From: Candidatus Aminicenantes bacterium
GTDB lineage: Bacteria > Acidobacteriota > Aminicenantia > Aminicenantales > Aminicenantaceae
Length of the DNA stretch: 62,620 nucleotides
Reading direction: 5' to 3'
Assembly (NCBI GenBank): GCA_014859315.1
Contig: JACUUK010000001.1
Location: forward strand, 1 to 62,620
The notes below the pieces were generated by a model. That model was not told where the DNA came from, ran no database searches, and saw nothing but the letters and a program-made list of their open reading frames with translations. Each line of letters opens with the position of its first letter. The first letter of the stretch is position 1. Shown here in pieces: positions 9,753 through 19,794 of this stretch. Both the position numbers and the translations under genes were made by a program.

Positions 9753-10238
9753 TTAAAATACAATCTCAAATTCTGTTCCTTCTTCTGTTTTTAATTCAAT
9801 TTTCCCTTTTAGGTCGTTTATATAATACGCATCAGGCGCAAATTCAAATAATATTTTTAGCCGCTCCTCAGAAGACTTTAATTCCTCTATTTTTTTCTCC
9901 AGTTTACGAACAAGACGTTCACTGTAGAGCTTGAAAACATCTTTCTCCTCTTTCAATTCTGGTCTCCCTGGACTCATCTTGCCCTTCTTTGCATCTTTTA
10001 TTACCTCTTGCATAACTCTTATGAATTCATCCGGTTCCATGGGTTTTCGAATAAATTTATCTGCTCCAAGTTTAAAGGCAAGTTCTTCATCTTTATAATC
10101 AGTATAAGTAGCCGTATAAAAAATAAAGGGTGTATTCTTTAAGTTTTCATCCTTTTTCACTTTTCTGCAAAGTGTGAATCCATCCATCCGCGGCATGAGT
10201 ATATCAGAGATAATCATGTGCCTCCAATTCAACATCAC
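9753..10238 (-). pseudogene. remnant of receiver / PAS / histidine-kinase gene (internally deleted)
   Basis: The ORF starts inside a receiver domain at the phospho-Asp strand (IISDILMPRMDG) and lacks beta1-alpha2. A coiled-coil linker and the first strand of a PAS domain (LFEFAPDAYYINDLKG) follow. They join directly to a HATPase C-terminal tail (KIELKTEEGTEFEIVF). Confidence 0.5.
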
Positions 10239-10486
10239 AGATATCTCTCAATCTCTTCCATGAATGTTTCAGGGTCTATAGGTTTTGTGACATAGCCTGT
10301 GCAACCTGCTGCCAAGGCCTTTTCCTTATCTTCAGGCATAGCATATGAAGTCAAAGCAATAATTGGAACATAAAACAAATGAGTGTAAACTATGGTTATC
10401 CCACGAACTATATGAAAATGATATTCCAGTCCAACACATAAAAGAATTAATGCTCCCATCACTAAGTAACGATGCCAGTTTTTCAT
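10235..10486 (-). pseudogene. remnant: membrane sensor N-terminus fused to the last third of a receiver domain
   Basis: An N-terminal TM segment and THLFYVPII are joined to IIALTSYAMPEDKEKALAAGCTGYVTKPIDPETFMEEIERYL, which corresponds to beta4-alpha5 of a CheY-like domain. There is a 4-nt ATGA overlap with the next remnant. Confidence 0.45.
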
Positions 10487-10616
10487 GTAGTTACCCCTAT
10501 TAAAATGGACACTAATTAACCCTTTCTATAAATTTCTTATACTCCTTTATAGTGAATGAAAAACTTGTTGTTTTTTTTTATAACATATAAAAAAAACTTA
10601 TTTCAAACATAAATAA

Positions 10617-10860
10617 AGAGTAAGGAGTTAGGAGTGAGGAGTATTTTATTAAATTCTTGACTACTTACTCCTAACTATTCACTACTAACTATTTAACGAG
10701 ATTGCCACGCTCCTTACAGTCGCTCGCAATGACGATAAGAGGGCTAGACTTGTTAGACTTGCTAAGAAAGAGTGAGGAGTAAAGAGCTAGACGGGCTAGA
10801 CATGGAAAAATGGACAATAAATTGTGAAAGCTCGGATTTAATTTAAGTTACACTCTTTAC
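10617..10860. repeat. repeat-rich non-coding block (inverted GGAGT-type arrays, GCTAGAC words, TTAACGAG-family element)
   Basis: GAGTAAGGAGTTAGGAGTGAGGAGT (10617-10642) faces GACTACTTACTCCTAAC (10659-10675). TTAACGAG is at 10693-10700. GCTAGAC occurs three times plus one TTAGAC. GGATTTAAT...CACTCTTTAC spans 10834-10860. No ORF is present. Confidence 0.6.
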
Positions 10861-11063
10861 TGTTTACTGCTTACGGTTTTCTAAATTGAGAGTTTCCTAT
10901 GCATGGATTTGATGTTTCCCGTCACTTTGGGACAAAGCCCACTTTTAAAAAACTTATATTTCGATATAATAATAATTTATAGTTTGTCGTAATAACAGTT
11001 AACTGGGTCAAATATTGTAGTAAAGGAAAATAACTGAATGAAAAATATAACGGAAAAAAGTAA

Positions 11064-12389
11064 ATGAAAAAAATCGCTCTTATTAGTCTTGGCTGCGCGA
11101 AAAACCTTGTTGATAGCGAAGTGATGCTGGGGTATTTAAGGAATGCTGGATATAAATTTGTCTCAAATATTAAGAAGGCAGATATAATAATCATTAACAC
11201 TTGCGGCTTTATTAAGCCCGCACGCCAGGAGGCCCATGAAACATTAACAGAAGCAATTACTTTAAAAAATGCATCTAAACTCCCATCACAAAAAATCATT
11301 GCTGTTGGATGTTATGTCCAAACAGACAAAAAGTCATTAAAGCATAAATTCCCTGAAGTAGATGCCTGGTTTGGTGTCAATGATTTCGATAAAATTGTTG
11401 ATGTAATTGAGGGAACACCTTTTAAACATGCCTCACAATGTTTTCTCTATGACCACGACTCCCCTCGATGCCTTTCTACCCCGCCTGCCTGGACTTACAT
11501 TAAAATATCGGAGGGATGCTCTCATCGTTGTGGGTTTTGTGCAATTCCTCTTATTAAAGGCCCTTATCGCTCTCGAAGTATCCCATCCATTATCAAAGAA
11601 GCTAAAGAACTTGCCTCTAAAGGAATAAAAGAAATAAACATTATCTCCCAGGACAGCACTTATTATGGAAGTGACATCGGTCTTAAGGTTGGCTTGCCCC
11701 ATCTTCTTAAAGAACTCCTCAAGATACAATCTCTTAAATGGATTCGAATACTTTATGGATATCCTGAAGAAATCACAGATTCCCTGCTTGGAGTTATGCA
11801 AGAAGAGAAAATATGTCCCTATCTCGACCTTCCCTTTCAGCATTCTGCCCCTAAAATTTTAAAGCTTATGAAACGCGGCATGGATGGCCATCGTGCACTT
11901 AAGCTTATCAATGAAATTAGAAAAAAAATTCCAGATATTGCTCTTCGCACATCTTTGGTAGTTGGATTTCCAGGAGAAGGACCAAAAGAGTTTGCAAATT
12001 TAAAAAATTTTGTTAAGGAAGCTCAATTCAATCATTTAGGAGTATTCCTCTATTCTCGAGAAAAAGGAACAGATTGTTATTATCTGAGAGACCCTGTTAA
12101 GGAATCTATAAAATTAAAAAGGCAAGAAGAAATAATGCAAATGCAAGCTGAAATCTCTCTAAACAAAAACAAAAAATACCTACACCAGACAATGGACGTT
12201 TTAATCGATTGTGTATTGGCAAAAAATCCCAATGTATATACTGGACGCACACAGTTCCAAGCTCCTGAAGTAGACGGCATGGTCTTTGTAAACAGGACTA
12301 ACTCGAAAAAAAATCTCCTTAACACTATTCAAAAAGTTGAAATAACAAAACCAGATGTATATGATTTATATGGAAAAATTGTTAAATGA
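11064..12389 (+). CDS. rimO: ribosomal protein S12 methylthiotransferase
   Basis: N-terminal ISLGCAKNLVDSE (UPF0004 domain), radical-SAM CSHRCGFC and a C-terminal TRAM domain. Length is 441 aa. Confidence 0.9.
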   Translation: MKKIALISLGCAKNLVDSEVMLGYLRNAGYKFVSNIKKADIIIINTCGFIKPARQEAHETLTEAITLKNASKLPSQKIIAVGCYVQTDKKSLKHKFPEVDAWFGVNDFDKIVDVIEGTPFKHASQCFLYDHDSPRCLSTPPAWTYIKISEGCSHRCGFCAIPLIKGPYRSRSIPSIIKEAKELASKGIKEINIISQDSTYYGSDIGLKVGLPHLLKELLKIQSLKWIRILYGYPEEITDSLLGVMQEEKICPYLDLPFQHSAPKILKLMKRGMDGHRALKLINEIRKKIPDIALRTSLVVGFPGEGPKEFANLKNFVKEAQFNHLGVFLYSREKGTDCYYLRDPVKESIKLKRQEEIMQMQAEISLNKNKKYLHQTMDVLIDCVLAKNPNVYTGRTQFQAPEVDGMVFVNRTNSKKNLLNTIQKVEITKPDVYDLYGKIVK

Positions 12390-12835
12390 CCAAAATAGCT
12401 AAAATCATCGCCACATGTTTTGGAATCGGCTACTTTCCAGTAGCTCCAGGAACATTCACAAGTTTTGCAGTTGTTCTTCTGTATAAGTTTTTCCTTTATA
12501 AATTGGAATGGCCCTATTTTCTACTAATTGTCCTAATCCTCTTTTTTTCAGGCGTTATGATGTCCACAAGGGTTGCTGCAGAATTAAAATCTAAAGATCC
12601 AAGAATAATCGTAGTGGATGAGGCATTTGGTCAACTCATTATTCTTTTTAATATGAATCCAAGCTGGTTTAACGTTCTTCTTGCGTTTTTACTGTTCCGA
12701 TTTTTTGATATCATCAAGCCATACCCAATAAAAAAAGTTGAAGATTTTCCCCGAGGATGGGGTATCATGATGGACGATATTGTTGCGGCTGTTTTTGGTG
12801 GAATACTTATAAACGTTTATTTACTATTGAGATGA
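12386..12835 (+). CDS. pgpA: phosphatidylglycerophosphatase A
   Basis: CFGIGYFPVAPGTFTS and the FRFFDIIKPYP motif. ATGA overlap with rimO. Confidence 0.8.
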   Translation: MTKIAKIIATCFGIGYFPVAPGTFTSFAVVLLYKFFLYKLEWPYFLLIVLILFFSGVMMSTRVAAELKSKDPRIIVVDEAFGQLIILFNMNPSWFNVLLAFLLFRFFDIIKPYPIKKVEDFPRGWGIMMDDIVAAVFGGILINVYLLLR

Positions 12836-14118
12836 AGCCTAATAAGCCCTATAAAAAAATAGAAATAATGGCTGTTGGCTCTGAAATGTTATCTCCTTAT
12901 TTTCAAGATAGTAATTCTCTTTATATCACCAAGCGTCTAAATGAACTCGGATTAGATGTCTCCTTTAAGACGATTGTTGGCGACAATTGGGAAGACCTTT
13001 TAACCTCAATAAAGCAATCGCTCTCAAGGACAGACATACTCTTTGCTATTGGAGGCCTTGGTCCAACTCAGGATGATATCACACGAGAGGCATTCGCTTC
13101 TGTTCTAAAGAAAAAATTGCTATATCATGATGAAATACTTGAAAAGATTCAAGAAAGATTCAAACAAAGGGGCATGACCATGCCTGTTGTTAACAAAAAA
13201 CAGGCCTACATAATTGAAGGCTCTACGGTCCTGGACAATGCCTGTGGAACTGCTCCTGGGCTTTGGCTTGAGCATAATAAAAAAACAATAGTCCTTCTCC
13301 CAGGTCCACCTAATGAGCTTAAGTCCATGTTTGAATCCCATGTATGGCCGCGTTTACAAGTTTTCCATAGGCGTTCCTCAGAGAAAAAAATCATTAAAAT
13401 CACAGGGCTGACTGAATCAAAAATTGAATCCATTCTTTCAGATATTTATCCCAATGATTCATCTATAAAGCTTACAATCCTTGCCCGGCCTGGCCAGATT
13501 GAAATCCACATCCTATGTTATTCTGATTCAAGCCAGGCACATGCACACAAAAAAGCCATTTTCATTGAAAAGCGCATTCTTGATAGACTCAAGGACAATG
13601 TTTTCTCAACATCAAATGAAGAACTTGAGCATGTTGTTGGCAAATTATTAACAATGAATAAAGAAACATTAGCAGTTGCAGAATCATGCACAGGAGGATA
13701 TTTAGGCCACCGTTTAACAAACATTCCTGGAAGCTCTAACTATTTTATCCAGGGAGTTATTGCTTATAGCAATGATACAAAAATCAAACTTCTTGGGGTT
13801 TCTCATCAAATTATTGATAAATATGGGGCTGTAAGTGCACAGGTAGCTGAAGCAATGGCTGAGGGCATTCGCCGCACAGCAAATACAAACTATGGCCTCT
13901 CGATTACAGGAATTGCAGGCCCAACAGGAGGAACACCCAAAAAACCTGTTGGTTTAGTGTATACAGCTTTGTCCTGGGCCAATGGAAACACAGTCAAGGA
14001 AAACCGTTTTCTTGGAGACAGAAAGTCCATAAAATTCCAGTCGAGTCAGGAAGCTTTGGATATGCTGAGGAGATTTTTAATGCGCGGAAAAGAAAACATA
14101 TCAGACATGAGTAATTGA
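12832..14118 (+). CDS. cinA: competence/damage-inducible protein CinA (MoCF-binding plus nicotinamide-nucleotide amidase domains)
   Basis: IGGLGPTQDDITRE in the N-terminal domain and AESCTGG...ITGIAGP in the C-terminal PncC domain. The start is moved to the ATG at 12832 (ATGA overlap with the pgpA stop). The upstream 25 codons of the tracked ORF overlap pgpA. Confidence 0.85.
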   Translation: MKPNKPYKKIEIMAVGSEMLSPYFQDSNSLYITKRLNELGLDVSFKTIVGDNWEDLLTSIKQSLSRTDILFAIGGLGPTQDDITREAFASVLKKKLLYHDEILEKIQERFKQRGMTMPVVNKKQAYIIEGSTVLDNACGTAPGLWLEHNKKTIVLLPGPPNELKSMFESHVWPRLQVFHRRSSEKKIIKITGLTESKIESILSDIYPNDSSIKLTILARPGQIEIHILCYSDSSQAHAHKKAIFIEKRILDRLKDNVFSTSNEELEHVVGKLLTMNKETLAVAESCTGGYLGHRLTNIPGSSNYFIQGVIAYSNDTKIKLLGVSHQIIDKYGAVSAQVAEAMAEGIRRTANTNYGLSITGIAGPTGGTPKKPVGLVYTALSWANGNTVKENRFLGDRKSIKFQSSQEALDMLRRFLMRGKENISDMSN

Positions 14119-14130
14119 TAAAACAAAAAA

Positions 14131-14691
14131 ATGAGAACTTTTATTGCAATTGATCTTGATAAAAAAATCAAAGAAGACCTCACTCGTCTAATAGATACAA
14201 TCGACAAGGAGAAAAAGAGTGTTAAATGGGTCAACCTCTCTGGAATGCACCTGACATTGAAATTTTTAGGGGAAATATCCATGGAAAAATCCCAGGAGGT
14301 AGAATCGCTCATGAATGATATCATAAAGTCACATTCTTCTTTTCCCATGCGTATTATAGGAACAGGCACTTTTCCTAAAAACAGCAAATACCCAAGGGTT
14401 TTATGGGTTGGTATAGAAGAGAGCCAGCAGCTTTCTAACTTACATCTTCACATCGAAAATGAGCTCGAGAGGAGGATTCATTTTCCTAAAGAAAATCGAA
14501 GGTTTCATCCTCATCTAACCTTAGGACGAGTGAAATCAAATTTCCGATTAAATTCAATTCTTACAGAGTTGAATAAACATAAAAACCGAATATTTGGCGA
14601 GATGCAGGTTGAAACAATAACTTTTTTCAAGAGCACCCTGAAACCCACAGGAGCAGAATATGAAGCTCTAAAGGAGTTTCATCTAAAATGA
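14131..14691 (+). CDS. thpR: RNA 2',3'-cyclic phosphodiesterase (2H family, LigT)
   Basis: Two HxTx motifs are present: HLTLKFLG and HPHLTLGR. Confidence 0.85.
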   Translation: MRTFIAIDLDKKIKEDLTRLIDTIDKEKKSVKWVNLSGMHLTLKFLGEISMEKSQEVESLMNDIIKSHSSFPMRIIGTGTFPKNSKYPRVLWVGIEESQQLSNLHLHIENELERRIHFPKENRRFHPHLTLGRVKSNFRLNSILTELNKHKNRIFGEMQVETITFFKSTLKPTGAEYEALKEFHLK

Positions 14692-15278
14692 AAATAGCAT
14701 TTGCGTTCTTCACATATCTTTTAGGCACCATCCCTCCAGGATTTATTATTTTTCGAATCACTGAAAAAAAAGATATTCGTAAGTACGGAAGTTTCAACAC
14801 AGGAGCAACAAACGTCTTGAGATTGAAAGGCTGGAAATATGCTCTTCCTGTGCTCATTATTGATGTTTTAAAAGGAGCTATTCCTGTGTATTTCGCCTTA
14901 GTCTTATTCCCTGATAAAAGGTTTGCCTTGATATGTGCTTTTTTGGCTGTCTTCGGCCATTGTTTCCCTTTCTATTTAAGATTCAATGGCGGAAAAGGAA
15001 TCGCCACCTCATTGGGTGTTTTTGCTGTTCTTGCTTTTAAGCCCTTTCTTTTGACTCTTGCTGTTTTCTTTTTAGTGATTGCCATAACACGGTTCGTGTC
15101 TTTAGGGTCGATTCTTTCTGTTTTCAGCTTTCCCTTTTTTGTATATCTTATTCAAAGAGAAACAGAAATAATTTATGCAGGCATTTTGATATTTCTTTTA
15201 GTGCTTCTACGGCATTGGAATAACATCCAGCGCCTTTTTCAAGGCAAAGAAAGAAAATTAGGAGAAAAAACCCAATGA
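14688..15278 (+). CDS. plsY: glycerol-3-phosphate acyltransferase (acyl-phosphate dependent)
   Basis: GSFNTGATNVLR and FNGGKGIAT motifs in a polytopic 196-aa protein. Overlaps both neighbours. Confidence 0.9.
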   Translation: MKIAFAFFTYLLGTIPPGFIIFRITEKKDIRKYGSFNTGATNVLRLKGWKYALPVLIIDVLKGAIPVYFALVLFPDKRFALICAFLAVFGHCFPFYLRFNGGKGIATSLGVFAVLAFKPFLLTLAVFFLVIAITRFVSLGSILSVFSFPFFVYLIQRETEIIYAGILIFLLVLLRHWNNIQRLFQGKERKLGEKTQ

Positions 15279-16270
15279 AAGCTTGTGTTGTTGGCGGAGG
15301 AAGCTGGGGAAGTGCTTTTGCACTTCACCTTGGCAGATTGAACAGGAGTACTAATCTTTGGATTAGGGAAAGGGATGTATATGAAGAAACGATTCATTAC
15401 AGAGAGAATCGTACCTTCTTGCCAGGAGAAATCTTTCCTGCTTCGGTCTATTTTTTCAATAACCTGGAAGAAGCCCTTAATGATACTGATGTCATCTTTA
15501 TTGCTGTCCCGTCCAAATTTTGCCGTTCGATGTACAAGCAAATGGCACCTTTTCTTACATCCAAACAAATTCTTGTGAGTCTTACAAAAGGAATTGAGAA
15601 AGACTCTTTAAAACGAATGACAGAAGTAATGCTTGATGTGTTTCCTTCAAATACTGAAAAGCGGATTGCTGTACTTCACGGGCCAAGTTTCGCTGTAGAA
15701 GTCGCCCAGTGCCACCCCACAGCAGTTGTTGTTGCTTCAACAAATTCTCTTCTTGCAAAGAAGGTCCAACGTTTTGTTTCTAATGTTTATTTCAGGGTTT
15801 ATACGACTTCAGATGTAATCGGTGTTGAGTTAGCAGGAGCAGTAAAAAACGTCATTGCTATTGCTACTGGAATATCAGATGGAATTGAATTTGGAAATAA
15901 TTCCCGGGCAGCTTTAATCACAAGGGGGCTCGTGGAGATGGCCAGATTAGGAAAAAAGTTTGGAGCAAAAAAAAAGACTTTTTCAGGGCTTGCAGGCGTA
16001 GGTGACCTTGTCCTTACTTGCACAGGGTTATTAAGCCGCAATCATTATGTGGGTTATGAACTTGGCAAAGGGAAATCTTTAGACAAAATTATTTCATCTA
16101 TGAAAATGATAGCTGAAGGAATAACAACGACTCTTTCAGTTCATCAGCTGGCGAAACAGGAAAAAGTTGAGATGCCAATTTGCGAACAGGTTTACGATAT
16201 TCTTTACAAGAACAAGGAACCAAAACAAGCTCTTCAGTATTTAATGTCAAGGAAATTAAAAAATGAATAA
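15275..16270 (+). CDS. gpsA: NAD(P)H-dependent glycerol-3-phosphate dehydrogenase
   Basis: VVGGGSWGSAFA Rossmann motif, GAVKNVIAIA and GLAGVGDLVLTC. Confidence 0.9.
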   Translation: MKACVVGGGSWGSAFALHLGRLNRSTNLWIRERDVYEETIHYRENRTFLPGEIFPASVYFFNNLEEALNDTDVIFIAVPSKFCRSMYKQMAPFLTSKQILVSLTKGIEKDSLKRMTEVMLDVFPSNTEKRIAVLHGPSFAVEVAQCHPTAVVVASTNSLLAKKVQRFVSNVYFRVYTTSDVIGVELAGAVKNVIAIATGISDGIEFGNNSRAALITRGLVEMARLGKKFGAKKKTFSGLAGVGDLVLTCTGLLSRNHYVGYELGKGKSLDKIISSMKMIAEGITTTLSVHQLAKQEKVEMPICEQVYDILYKNKEPKQALQYLMSRKLKNE

Positions 16271-16289
16271 AATCATGAAAGGAGGAAAG

Positions 16290-17051
16290 ATGAGGTTTAA
16301 AACTGCCTTTATTCTGATTCTATGTCTTCAATTTGTTCTCTGCGCATCATCTGCAAAAAAGATTCAACAACAAAGGGAAAAAGACCCTCGTTATCATTAC
16401 AACATGGGATTGTTTTTTCTTAATAACGGAAATTTAGATGAAGCAACCAAATATTTCAATAAATGCCTCTCTCTGAATCCAGGCTATTCTCTTGCTTATA
16501 ATGCTTTGGGACTTGTATATTTAATGAAGGGCCAATCAGAAGAATCTATTAACAATTTTACTAAAGCCCTCAAATTAAACCCAAAATTGACTGAAGCTCA
16601 TAACTATATGGGAGTTGTTTACCAAGAAACGGGTCTTCTTGATAAAGCTGAACAAGAGTTTCGAATAGCACTTGCCGATAAGAATTATCAATCTAAAGAA
16701 TTGCCTTACTTTAACCTTGCAAGGTTATATTTTGTTCAAGATAAAACTCAAGAGGCATTAGATTACATTGAAAAATCCCTTGAAATCAATAAAACCTTTA
16801 TTTTGGCATACAACTTAAAAGGAACAATCTTAGAAAAAATGGAAAAATACGTAGAAGCTATTAAAGTCTATAAAATAGCCTTAAAAACTGCCCCAGAGGA
16901 TATCAATATTAACTTTAATCTTGCTGTCGCTTATTTTAAAAATGGGGAAGTGAATAAAGCCAAGGAAATCTTTGAAAATATTGCTTTAAAAGTGACTAAT
17001 GAGGAAATGAAAAAAAATATTCAACAATATCTTAATATTATCAAGAAATAA
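16290..17051 (+). CDS. TPR-repeat lipoprotein
   Basis: Signal peptide with a lipobox-like FVLC|A, followed by several 34-aa TPR units (A..YN.G.VY....A...F..AL..NP). I prefer the start at 16290, 4-5 nt after GGAGG. Confidence 0.7.
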   Translation: MRFKTAFILILCLQFVLCASSAKKIQQQREKDPRYHYNMGLFFLNNGNLDEATKYFNKCLSLNPGYSLAYNALGLVYLMKGQSEESINNFTKALKLNPKLTEAHNYMGVVYQETGLLDKAEQEFRIALADKNYQSKELPYFNLARLYFVQDKTQEALDYIEKSLEINKTFILAYNLKGTILEKMEKYVEAIKVYKIALKTAPEDININFNLAVAYFKNGEVNKAKEIFENIALKVTNEEMKKNIQQYLNIIKK

Positions 17052-17056
17052 TCTTA

Positions 17057-18313
17057 TTAAGTTCCTTCTTGCCAGCCAGCAAGATATTTCTTCTGCTCAG
17101 AGGTTAATTTATCGATTTTCACTCCGAGTGATTTTAACTTCATGCTGGCGATATCCTCATCGATGTCTTTTGGAACAGGATATACTTGATTCTGTAGAGA
17201 TTTTCCTTTTTGCACAAGATACTGTGCACTTAATGCCTGATTCGCAAAGCTCATATCCATAACCATTGCAGGATGTCCCTCAGCTGAAGCAAGGTTTATG
17301 AGCCTTCCCTCCGCCAAAAGATAAATCTTTCGGCCGTCCTGTAAGATGTATTCTTCCACAAAATCACGTATCTGTCTTTTTCCCTTTGATAGATTATTCA
17401 AAGCAGGAATATCAATTTCTATATTGAAATGTCCAGCATTTGCTACAATGGCGCCATCCTTCATTTTCAAGAAATGCTCACCTGTTATAACACTCTTGTC
17501 TCCAGTTACAGTGACAAACACATCGCCAACTTTAGCTGCTTCTTCTAATGACATTACCTGAAAGCCGTCCATTACTGCTTCTAAAGCCCTAAGAGGGTCT
17601 ACTTCACACACAATGACCTTTGCACCAGCTCCATTGGCCCTCATGGCAACTCCACGTCCACACCAGCCATAACCAGCAATAACAAAATTCAATCCTGCTA
17701 AAAGTACGTTTGTTGCTCTTAAGATACCGTCAATAGTGCTCTGTCCTGTTCCATACCGGTTGTCAAAAAGATGCTTTGTCTTGGCATCGTTTACTGCAAT
17801 TATAGGATAACTAAGAACTTTTTCCTTTGCCATGCTTTTCAAGCGAATCACGCCTGTTGTTGTTTCTTCTGTTCCTCCTATTATGTTTTCCAATAGGTCT
17901 CGCCTTTCTGAGTGAATCGTACTAACAAGGTCAGCACCATCGTCCATAGTGATTTGAGGTTTAATATCAAGAGCTTGATTTATATGCTTATAATAAGTCT
18001 TATGGTCTTCTCCTTTAATGGCGAAAACTGGGATTTTTACATGCTTAACCAAAGCTGCCGCAGCATCATCTTGAGTACTTAGAGGGTTTGAGGCTGTAAG
18101 CGCTACCTCAGCACCACCTAACTTGAGTGCTTCCATAAGATTAGCAGTCTCTGTGGTAACATGAAGACAAGCTGATATTTTTACACCTTTGAACGGCTTT
18201 TCTTTTTCAAACTGTTTCTTGATGATCCCAAGAACTGGCATAAATTTCCCTGCCCACTCCATTCTAAGTTTTCCTTTACCCGCAAGATTCAAATCTTTAA
18301 CATCATATATCAT
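17057..18313 (-). CDS. ahcY: adenosylhomocysteinase
   Basis: Typical SAHH sequences: [10 protein letters not shown]-like [17 protein letters not shown] site [16 protein letters not shown]. Confidence 0.92.
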   Translation of the reverse strand: MIYDVKDLNLAGKGKLRMEWAGKFMPVLGIIKKQFEKEKPFKGVKISACLHVTTETANLMEALKLGGAEVALTASNPLSTQDDAAAALVKHVKIPVFAIKGEDHKTYYKHINQALDIKPQITMDDGADLVSTIHSERRDLLENIIGGTEETTTGVIRLKSMAKEKVLSYPIIAVNDAKTKHLFDNRYGTGQSTIDGILRATNVLLAGLNFVIAGYGWCGRGVAMRANGAGAKVIVCEVDPLRALEAVMDGFQVMSLEEAAKVGDVFVTVTGDKSVITGEHFLKMKDGAIVANAGHFNIEIDIPALNNLSKGKRQIRDFVEEYILQDGRKIYLLAEGRLINLASAEGHPAMVMDMSFANQALSAQYLVQKGKSLQNQVYPVPKDIDEDIASMKLKSLGVKIDKLTSEQKKYLAGWQEGT

Positions 18314-18356
18314 AAAAAATCTCCTTTTTTGTTTATATTTGACTTAAAGGTCGTTC

Positions 18357-19523
18357 TTAAAGATCTGCGTCTTTCTTGAGGACTTCTGCTTTATCTGTGT
18401 ACTCCCAAGTAAACTCTTTTTCAGTACGTCCGAAATGTCCATAACATGCTGTTTTTAGATAAATTGGGCGAAGAAGATCCAAGGAAGAAATTATTTTTTT
18501 AGGCTTAAGTTCAAAATGAGCTCGTATTAATTCTTTAATGCGGTCCTCAGGGATTCTTGAAGTGCCGAAGGAATCAACCATGATAGATACTGGCTCTGCT
18601 ACTCCAATAGCATATGCAATTTGGACTTCTATTTTATCTGCAATCTCCGCTGCAACAATGTTTTTTGCAATATATCTGGCCATATAAGAACCTGACCTGT
18701 CCACTTTACTCGGATCCTTTCCAGAAAAACATCCTCCTCCATGACTCCCAACTCCACCGTATGTATCCACAATAATCTTTCTCCCTGTTAAACCAGTATC
18801 AGCTAAAGGTCCCCCTTGTTCGAATCTTCCCGTCTCATTTATAAATATCTTTGTGTTTTTATCAATCATATGGGGAGGAACGACCTCTTTTATCACAAGG
18901 TTTTTTATATCCTGCCTTAAATCGCTCATTTTTACTTTTGCATTATGCTGAGCCGCAATAACAACAGCCTCGACTCTTTTAGGAACTTCACCTTCATATT
19001 CAATTGTTATTTGAGATTTGCCATCAGGCCTCAAGTAATCAAGAACTTTTTCTTTTCTTACTTTGCTGAGTCTTCTTGCCAATTTGTGTGCCAACATTAT
19101 TGGAAGCGGCATCAATTCCTCTGTTTCCCTGCACGCATAGCCAAACATCAGCCCCTGGTCACCAGCTCCTTGTTCATGTTTCTCTGAATCCTCAACTCCC
19201 ATTGCAATATCAGGGGATTGTTCATGAATAGAAGAAATAACACAACATGTATTATAATCAAAGCCATATTTTGCCCTTGTATATCCAATCTCTCTTACAG
19301 TCTGTCTCACAACCTTTTGGAAATCACTGTAACCTTCACTTGTTATTTCTCCTGCAATTAGCACAAGTCCAGTGGTCACGAGCGTCTCACACGCAACCCT
19401 GCTGTTGGGATCTTGCCGAATTAGATCATCCAGAATAGCATCAGATATCTGGTCACAAATCTTGTCTGGATGGCCTTCTGTGACTGATTCAGACGTAAAC
19501 ACATGAACTCCATCTATACTCAT
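18357..19523 (-). CDS. metK: S-adenosylmethionine synthase
   Basis: [33 protein letters not shown] and [16 protein letters not shown] are hallmark MetK motifs. Confidence 0.95.
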   Translation of the reverse strand: MSIDGVHVFTSESVTEGHPDKICDQISDAILDDLIRQDPNSRVACETLVTTGLVLIAGEITSEGYSDFQKVVRQTVREIGYTRAKYGFDYNTCCVISSIHEQSPDIAMGVEDSEKHEQGAGDQGLMFGYACRETEELMPLPIMLAHKLARRLSKVRKEKVLDYLRPDGKSQITIEYEGEVPKRVEAVVIAAQHNAKVKMSDLRQDIKNLVIKEVVPPHMIDKNTKIFINETGRFEQGGPLADTGLTGRKIIVDTYGGVGSHGGGCFSGKDPSKVDRSGSYMARYIAKNIVAAEIADKIEVQIAYAIGVAEPVSIMVDSFGTSRIPEDRIKELIRAHFELKPKKIISSLDLLRPIYLKTACYGHFGRTEKEFTWEYTDKAEVLKKDADL

Positions 19524-19794
19524 TATAGAACGCCTCCTTTTTTATATGGAACTTTTTATAAATTAAGAAATTAACATAAAATCACTTGCTTTTCAATTAG
19601 ATTTTCTACTCTTTAAACCATTTTCCCTGACAGGGGAAGCATTTAATAATGTATTCGTTCAAGGAAATATTTCACATCACAAACACATTTTACTCTAAGT
19701 AAGTAGTCTTGGTAATTGAAAAAAGTGTCTGGGGATTTGAATTTAGATTTGTGTTTATGATATTTTTATAATTCAAAGAATATAAAAACATATT

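Noticed and set aside
12757-12831. Upstream 25 codons of the tracked cinA ORF
   Set aside because: They overlap pgpA in another frame and encode a Cys/Trp-rich peptide. The ATG at 12832 gives the conserved CinA N-terminus and an ATGA coupling.
19524-19794. Possible SAM or SAH riboswitch in the metK-ahcY leader
   Set aside because: Reading the minus strand, I found none of the conserved SAM-I, SAM-II or SAH core sequences I remember. Only a weak 4-bp hairpin is present (TCCC-CTGTCA-GGGA). A covariance-model search would be needed to exclude rarer SAM classes.
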